64,000 nucleotides of DNA, taken from assembly GCA_943350875.1 (NCBI GenBank), contig CALRAL010000001.1:165017-229016 (forward strand), in the 5' to 3' direction. The stretch comes from Candidatus Nomurabacteria bacterium. Lineage in GTDB: Bacteria > Patescibacteriota > Minisyncoccia > Phycocordibacterales > UBA9973. Both the position numbers and the translations under genes were made by a program. Below, in pieces: positions 59,651 to 64,000 of the stretch. Position 1 is the stretch's first letter, and every line of letters starts with the position of its first letter. A model generated the notes under the pieces. It was given only the letters and a program-made list of their open reading frames with translations. It was not told the DNA's origin and did not search any database.

Positions 59651-59738
59651 ATTTTTTATATTTTTTATATTTTTTATATTTTTTATATTTTTTATATTTT
59701 TTATATTTTTTATATTTTTTATATTTTTTATATTTTTT
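59651..59738. repeat. 9-bp tandem repeat (ATTTTTTAT), about 9.8 copies
   Basis: Perfect array overlapping the rsmH stop codon. Confidence 0.95.
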
Positions 59739-60654
59739 CCAAAACTCTTAATTTTGCACTTCGAGATCTTGGATTTTCTTTTATTTCTTTTTCGCTTGCT
59801 GTGATTATTCTTTTATTAATTAATTTTGCTTTGCCTTCTTTTTCTTTATTTTTATAAAATTTCTTTACTATCCTATCTTCTAAACTATGAAATGAAATAA
59901 CTGACATCCTGCCCCCACTTTTTAAAATTTCAAATCCACCTTTTAAACCTTCTTCCAATACTCTCAATTCATCATTTACTGCTATGCGTATCGCTTGGAA
60001 AGTCCTCGTCGCAAAGTGTAGTCTGCCTCTCCTGTACACTGCTGGGACCGAATCACTGATAATTTTTACTAAATCAAATGTAGTCTTTATCTCTGTCTTT
60101 GATCTAGCCTCCACTATCCCCTTTGCTATCCTTCTAGCAAACTTTTCCTCTCCATAGCCGTAAATGATATCTGCTAAGCTTTCTTCGCTCCAACTGTTTA
60201 CTACGTCATATGCTGTCACTTCATCTGAAAGCGGATTTTCTTTCTCTGAATCTTTACCTGAATTTTGCATTTGCATGAGCAATGGCTCATCTTTCATGAA
60301 AGAAAATCCGCGCCCAGAATTCTCTAATTGATCACTACTCAAACCTAAATCGAAAATGATTCCACTTATGTCTCCGAGGGCGAAGGCGCCGAAATCTTTT
60401 AAATTTTTCAGGTGCCTAAAGTTGATATTAATAAAAGTGATATTACAATCAAGACCTTTAAATTTACTTTTCGCTTTCTCAAATGCGCTAGCATCTTGAT
60501 CAATGGCAATTATCTTTACTTTTGGAAATCTTTTACAAATCTCCAAACTGTGCCCTCCTCCACCAAATGTGGCATCCACTACCACACTGTTTGATTTCAA
60601 GTTCAACCCCTCTATTGTTTCATTTAAAAGAACTGTCTTGTGAATACTTTCCAT
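59728..60654 (-). CDS. rsmH: 16S rRNA C1402 N4-methyltransferase
   Basis: HKTVLL, DATFGGGGHS, DLGLSS, FQAIRIAVNDEL and NPRSRSAKLR motifs; half family C element at about 60369-60410. Confidence 0.96.
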   Translation of the reverse strand: MESIHKTVLLNETIEGLNLKSNSVVVDATFGGGGHSLEICKRFPKVKIIAIDQDASAFEKAKSKFKGLDCNITFININFRHLKNLKDFGAFALGDISGIIFDLGLSSDQLENSGRGFSFMKDEPLLMQMQNSGKDSEKENPLSDEVTAYDVVNSWSEESLADIIYGYGEEKFARRIAKGIVEARSKTEIKTTFDLVKIISDSVPAVYRRGRLHFATRTFQAIRIAVNDELRVLEEGLKGGFEILKSGGRMSVISFHSLEDRIVKKFYKNKEKEGKAKLINKRIITASEKEIKENPRSRSAKLRVLEKI

Positions 60655-60712
60655 AATCTTAAAAAAAATCTTCTCCTCCCTTTAAGCTTAAAAAAATTCG
60701 TACCCTAGAAAA

Positions 60713-61165
60713 CTACATTTTTAAATTTTTCTCGTTACTGAGTTTTTCTGCCAACTCATCCGCTTGCTTCTCTACTGTGTCCTTGTAAACCGACCATGTC
60801 TTGTCATTCCATATTTCTACTCTGTCCTCCACCCCCACTATCGCCACTTTCTCTCCTAGCTTTATCCTCTCCTTCAGAAAATCTGGAATCAGAATCCTCC
60901 CGATAGAATCCACCTCCACTTCTGCCGCTCGTCCAAACATAAATCTGTTAAAACTTCTCTTATCGGCTTTTAAAAATGAAAGATCTGAATCTGTATCGGA
61001 AAGTCTTTTGGAAACTTTCACCCATTCTTTCGCAGTAAAGATAAATAAACATTGATCGAGCCCCGGTGTGATGATTATTTTCTTGCCCATTTCCTTACGG
61101 AATTTGAATGGCAAAGAAATCCTATTCTTATCATCTATTGTGTGTATGTATTCGCCGATCAACAT
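60713..61165 (-). CDS. mraZ: Transcriptional regulator MraZ
   Basis: GEYIHTIDDKNR, DSIGRILIP and VEIW motifs. Confidence 0.96.
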   Translation of the reverse strand: MLIGEYIHTIDDKNRISLPFKFRKEMGKKIIITPGLDQCLFIFTAKEWVKVSKRLSDTDSDLSFLKADKRSFNRFMFGRAAEVEVDSIGRILIPDFLKERIKLGEKVAIVGVEDRVEIWNDKTWSVYKDTVEKQADELAEKLSNEKNLKM

Positions 61166-61178
61166 AAATTTTCTTTAT

Positions 61179-61204
61179 TTCCAAATTTCCCACTTCTTCC
61201 CACC
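61179..61204 (-). promoter_or_regulatory. Putative MraZ-binding repeats
   Basis: GTGGG-AAGAA-GTGGG-AAAT-TTGG with 10-bp spacing upstream of mraZ. Confidence 0.6.
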
Positions 61205-61230
61205 TGATATACATTATAAACCACATAAGA

Positions 61231-61261
61231 AAATACCACCAAGCCCTAACTGTGGATAACT
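61231..61261. repeat. 31-bp direct repeat, copy 1 (contains a DnaA-box-like TGTGGATAA)
   Basis: AAATACCACCAAGCCCTAACTGTGGATAACT; one mismatch to 62915-62945. Confidence 0.9.
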
Positions 61262-61291
61262 AAAAAGCCCCCATTTAAGGGCTTTTTAGTT

Positions 61292-61312
61292 CCGCTAGGT
61301 CTTTCCTAGCGG
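61292..61312. repeat. REP hairpin (RAYT-associated)
   Basis: CCGCTAGGTCTTTCCTAGCGG. Confidence 0.95.
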
Positions 61313-61336
61313 AAAATATAATTTTTATTTAACTTT

Positions 61337-61465
61337 TTACTCTGGCAAAGCTGGAGGAACTAATCCTTGATCATCCCCATTCTTTGCTGAGTTTCCTTTT
61401 TGTATTAAGAAGTAACCTACAATTAACAAAGTGACTACTATAACGATATAAATAATTTTTTTCAT
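61337..61465 (-). CDS. Small TM/secreted peptide (42 aa) ending PPALPE
   Basis: MKKIIYIVIVVTLLIVGYFLIQKGNSAKNGDDQGLVPPALPE*; starts 9 bp after the upstream gene's stop. Confidence 0.65.
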   Translation of the reverse strand: MKKIIYIVIVVTLLIVGYFLIQKGNSAKNGDDQGLVPPALPE

Positions 61466-61474
61466 AAAAATAAA

Positions 61475-62122
61475 TTAATTAAATACTGGTAATGGTGGTG
61501 GTAATGATCCTCCTTTTTCTCCAAACTTACATTCTTTTTCTACATTGATTGCAAATCCAAGACCAATTTGTTTTAGACCTTTGACTGATTCAAAAGTATA
61601 TCCTTTTAAATTAACCCATCTCTCACTGCCTTCTGAATTATATGCAAAAGCTTTTTTTACAATACAATCACCAGTCACATCATCAAAATTCTTGCCAACC
61701 ATTTCTGGAGTGATAAATTTTAAATTCCAACCTGCAAAAAGACGATGTGTTTGCCCGTAATCAACTTTAAATGTTATATCCTGTTCGGATGGATAATAAT
61801 ACCAATAAGTACCTACTATGCGTCCTTCGGTTTTATCTATATCAATCCCTCTGTCTTTAAAATCTTTTTGAATTTGTGACTTTTCTGTCTCAGTAGGACG
61901 TGGTTTTATAGGAAAATATCTATTTAAAATTGGAAGATACGCAAAAACAGAAGTAGCAGGAGGCATTAAAGTAGTGTTAAAATCACTACCTTCACCCAAA
62001 AGATACCAACCTTTAAAAACATGGATAGTCTGACTATATGCAGGTCTATCTGCAAAAACTTTAGAACCAAACATTATTGTTAAAATAAACACAATTAAAC
62101 AAATTGCTATTTTTTTGTTCAT
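61475..62122 (-). CDS. Secreted hypothetical protein with two GW(N/Y)L motifs and a PPPLP tail
   Basis: Signal peptide; VFKGWYLL and LFAGWNL; own promoter. Confidence 0.8.
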   Translation of the reverse strand: MNKKIAICLIVFILTIMFGSKVFADRPAYSQTIHVFKGWYLLGEGSDFNTTLMPPATSVFAYLPILNRYFPIKPRPTETEKSQIQKDFKDRGIDIDKTEGRIVGTYWYYYPSEQDITFKVDYGQTHRLFAGWNLKFITPEMVGKNFDDVTGDCIVKKAFAYNSEGSERWVNLKGYTFESVKGLKQIGLGFAINVEKECKFGEKGGSLPPPLPVFN

Positions 62123-62128
62123 ACGGTA

Positions 62129-62158
62129 ATGCTACCCCCCCCCAACAGGTTTTGTCAA
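62129..62158 (-). promoter_or_regulatory. Sigma70-type promoter with a G9 tract in the spacer
   Basis: TTGACA - 18 bp (AAACCTGTT plus G9) - TAGCAT - 6 bp - ATG. Confidence 0.75.
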
Positions 62159-62189
62159 AAAATAATGTTAATAACAATTTCCACTATTC

Positions 62190-62210
62190 CCGCTAGGTCT
62201 TTCCTAGCGG
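62190..62210. repeat. REP hairpin downstream of the RAYT gene
   Basis: CCGCTAGGTCTTTCCTAGCGG, followed by a half copy at 62215-62221 that provides the RAYT stop codon. Confidence 0.95.
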
Positions 62211-62214
62211 AGAA

Positions 62215-62871
62215 CTAGCGGAGGAAATTAATCCACTCTAAAATTTCCTTTTGGAAAGTTTTTTTAGCAGGAAAATAATCAGGAAATGGTTTTAGATCCA
62301 GGATATTTTTCTCTTTACGTTCTACTCTTAAATAATCCAAATAACTTGAATATTGATATTCTTCTAAAAATTTTAAAACCCTAGATTTATTCTGTATCCC
62401 CATTTCTTTCCATTTTGGCTCAACTAATTTTACAGGATTTAAATGTATATAAGAAAAAAGATATTTGAGATATCGATCTGTATCAATATGTTCAGCTTTA
62501 AATTTACCTTCAAATAAACTACCTGAACGTTTATATTTTTTATTAAAATACATTACATATGCAGTAACTAATTTTTGCATAAATTTACTAATATTCCCCT
62601 CATCAGTATCTGTAATTAAAATATGAAAATGATTTGGCATTAAACAATATGCCCCAATGTTGACAATTTGATCACCACGAGAAGACTCAAATAAACTTTG
62701 ATTTTTATTTAAATTATCTATTTTAAAATCTCTAGAAGAATTACAGGCAAAAAGTAACCCTATAAACCTACCATAATCAGATTTATCTTTAAAAATGAGT
62801 TGTTTGCTATTACCGCGATTATATATGTGATAATACTCACCTTTTACAAAATTAACTTTCCTTAAGGACAT
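62215..62871 (-). mobile_element. REP-associated tyrosine transposase (RAYT/TnpA-REP, Y1 HUH family)
   Basis: YYHIYNRG, CLMPNHFHIL (HUH), RSGSLFEGKF, YIHLNPV and YQYSSY motifs; flanked by inverted REP hairpins. Confidence 0.93.
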
Positions 62872-62890
62872 AATTTTAATTATATCACCT

Positions 62891-62911
62891 CCGCTAGGAA
62901 AGACCTAGCGG
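62891..62911. repeat. REP hairpin upstream of the RAYT gene (inverted orientation)
   Basis: CCGCTAGGAAAGACCTAGCGG. Confidence 0.95.
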
Positions 62912-62914
62912 TAG

Positions 62915-62945
62915 AAATACCACCAAGCCCTAGCTGTGGATAACT
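62915..62945. repeat. 31-bp direct repeat, copy 2
   Basis: AAATACCACCAAGCCCTAGCTGTGGATAACT. Confidence 0.9.
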
Positions 62946-62996
62946 TTGCTCGGTTAATTACTATGGTTTTAAATAAGATTTTGGTATATTTACACT

Positions 62997-63476
62997 ATGC
63001 CTAGCGAGAGAATAGACACATCAAAAATGGGATTAGCTTCTGACCCTTTGGCTCAAATTAAAAATTGGGAATTAATGGCTAACGATATAGAAAAGTATCA
63101 AAAGATGAAGGAACTGATTATCGAATCTTTTAAATCGATCCTTGATTTGATGCCGCCTCAAGTCAAGATTACTGTCCAAGACAAAATCAACAACTTGAAT
63201 AATACAGATGCCATTTATGAGTATGAAGAATTAATAGGTTTTATTAAATTAGCAAAAATCCACTCTGAAAGTCTACTAAGTAGTCTAGATGATAAAGATA
63301 TACCTGACTATGCTGCCCCTTATAAAGCCGTAAGTTACTTAAATACAGTAATTAGTTTAACTATAGAAAATGACTCAGAAAATAACCTTAATCAAATGGG
63401 TGTTGCCTTTGTTGGGCGATTACATGCTTCAAGAGATCAAATAGAGAAGATCGATTGGGCTGAAGGTTGGAAATAA
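62997..63476 (+). CDS. Hypothetical protein between inverted REPs
   Basis: 159-aa ORF with TGGTATATT 6 nt before the ATG. Confidence 0.75.
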   Translation: MPSERIDTSKMGLASDPLAQIKNWELMANDIEKYQKMKELIIESFKSILDLMPPQVKITVQDKINNLNNTDAIYEYEELIGFIKLAKIHSESLLSSLDDKDIPDYAAPYKAVSYLNTVISLTIENDSENNLNQMGVAFVGRLHASRDQIEKIDWAEGWK

Positions 63477-63502
63477 GTTTTATTTAGAAGATAAAATCTG
63501 TA

Positions 63503-63523
63503 CCGCTAGGTCTTTCCTAGCGG
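63503..63523. repeat. REP hairpin overlapping the lysS stop codon
   Basis: CCGCTAGGTCTTTCCTAGCGG; the TAG of lysS lies inside it. Confidence 0.95.
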
Positions 63524-64000
63524 AGGGGTTTCATCGTAGGAAAAAAGACGACTTCTTTAATGTTTTGAGTATCAGTGAGAAACATCACGAGGCGGTCGAT
63601 GCCGATACCGACACCTCCCGCAGGAGGCATACCGTATTCCATAGCTTCGATGAAGTCTTCATCTTTACATTGAGCATCTGCTTCCCCTGCTTTCTTATTT
63701 TTCTCTTGTTCTTCAAATCGAGCATTCTGATCGATAGGGTCATTCAACTCTGAAAAGGCTTTCACGAGTTCTATTCCTCCGATGACGAGCTGAAATGCTT
63801 CCACGAATTTAGGATTATTTTTATTCTTCTTTGCCAGTGGCAAATACTCTCTAGGATAATCAATAATGAATGTTGGATTTACTAATTTCGGACGGCACAT
63901 TTTTTTATAAATTCCATCTAAGAGTTTCGCAATAGAGTCCCCTTTGCTTACTACAACTCCGCATTTCTCTGCTTCTTTTTCTAAATCTTTTATATCTATG
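63517..64000 (-). CDS. lysS: Lysine--tRNA ligase, 3' part (partial)
   Basis: PTFIIDYP, FSELNDPIDQ and YGMPPAGGVGIGIDRL motifs. Confidence 0.95.
   Translation of the reverse strand, partial: IDIKDLEKEAEKCGVVVSKGDSIAKLLDGIYKKMCRPKLVNPTFIIDYPREYLPLAKKNKNNPKFVEAFQLVIGGIELVKAFSELNDPIDQNARFEEQEKNKKAGEADAQCKDEDFIEAMEYGMPPAGGVGIGIDRLVMFLTDTQNIKEVVFFPTMKPLR

Noticed and set aside
61251-62943. DnaA boxes as a replication origin
   Set aside because: Only isolated boxes inside a duplicated 31-mer; no box cluster and no dnaA/dnaN in the window.
61292-63523. Repeated 21-bp palindrome as a CRISPR array
   Set aside because: Copies are 600-900 bp apart, in mixed orientation, separated by genes, and there are no cas genes; a REP/RAYT locus explains them.

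Overview
AT-rich bacterial chromosome segment using the standard genetic code (TGA stops, tRNA-Trp CCA). Gene content and compact gene forms suggest a Patescibacteria/CPR organism (Parcubacteria-like); this is an inference. Most of the window is housekeeping: rpmA (partial), rplI, ctpA, mrdA, dnaX, dus, serS, dprA, topA, rel, parB, murA, miaA, rpmG, alr, ddl, rseP, frr, mreB, rsmI, a full F1Fo atp operon, prfA, rpmE, rplY, fba, gatB, obgE, rmuC, murF-ftsI-rsmH-mraZ, lysS (partial) and five tRNAs (Gln, Leu, Trp, Ile, Glu). Accessory genes include a hicB-hicA toxin-antitoxin pair, a SET-domain protein and a GH130 mannoside-phosphorylase cluster. The main signal is a REP-associated tyrosine transposase (RAYT, 62215-62871) surrounded by four copies of a 21-bp REP hairpin that separate accessory genes. 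In addition, several families of short GC-rich palindromic elements are scattered through the window. Roughly 25 of them lie inside protein-coding genes and are translated in frame (e.g. PARNASHSDAG in CtpA, AtpB and AtpZ). For several, removing the element by hand restores the expected protein motif with no obvious target-site duplication. One copy that landed in a stop-generating phase appears to have inactivated an earlier atpG start. Other signals are widespread leaderless-type promoters (-10 box 6 nt before ATG), a G9 tract in a promoter spacer, and two tiny candidate ncRNA units. All coordinates and alignments were done by eye.
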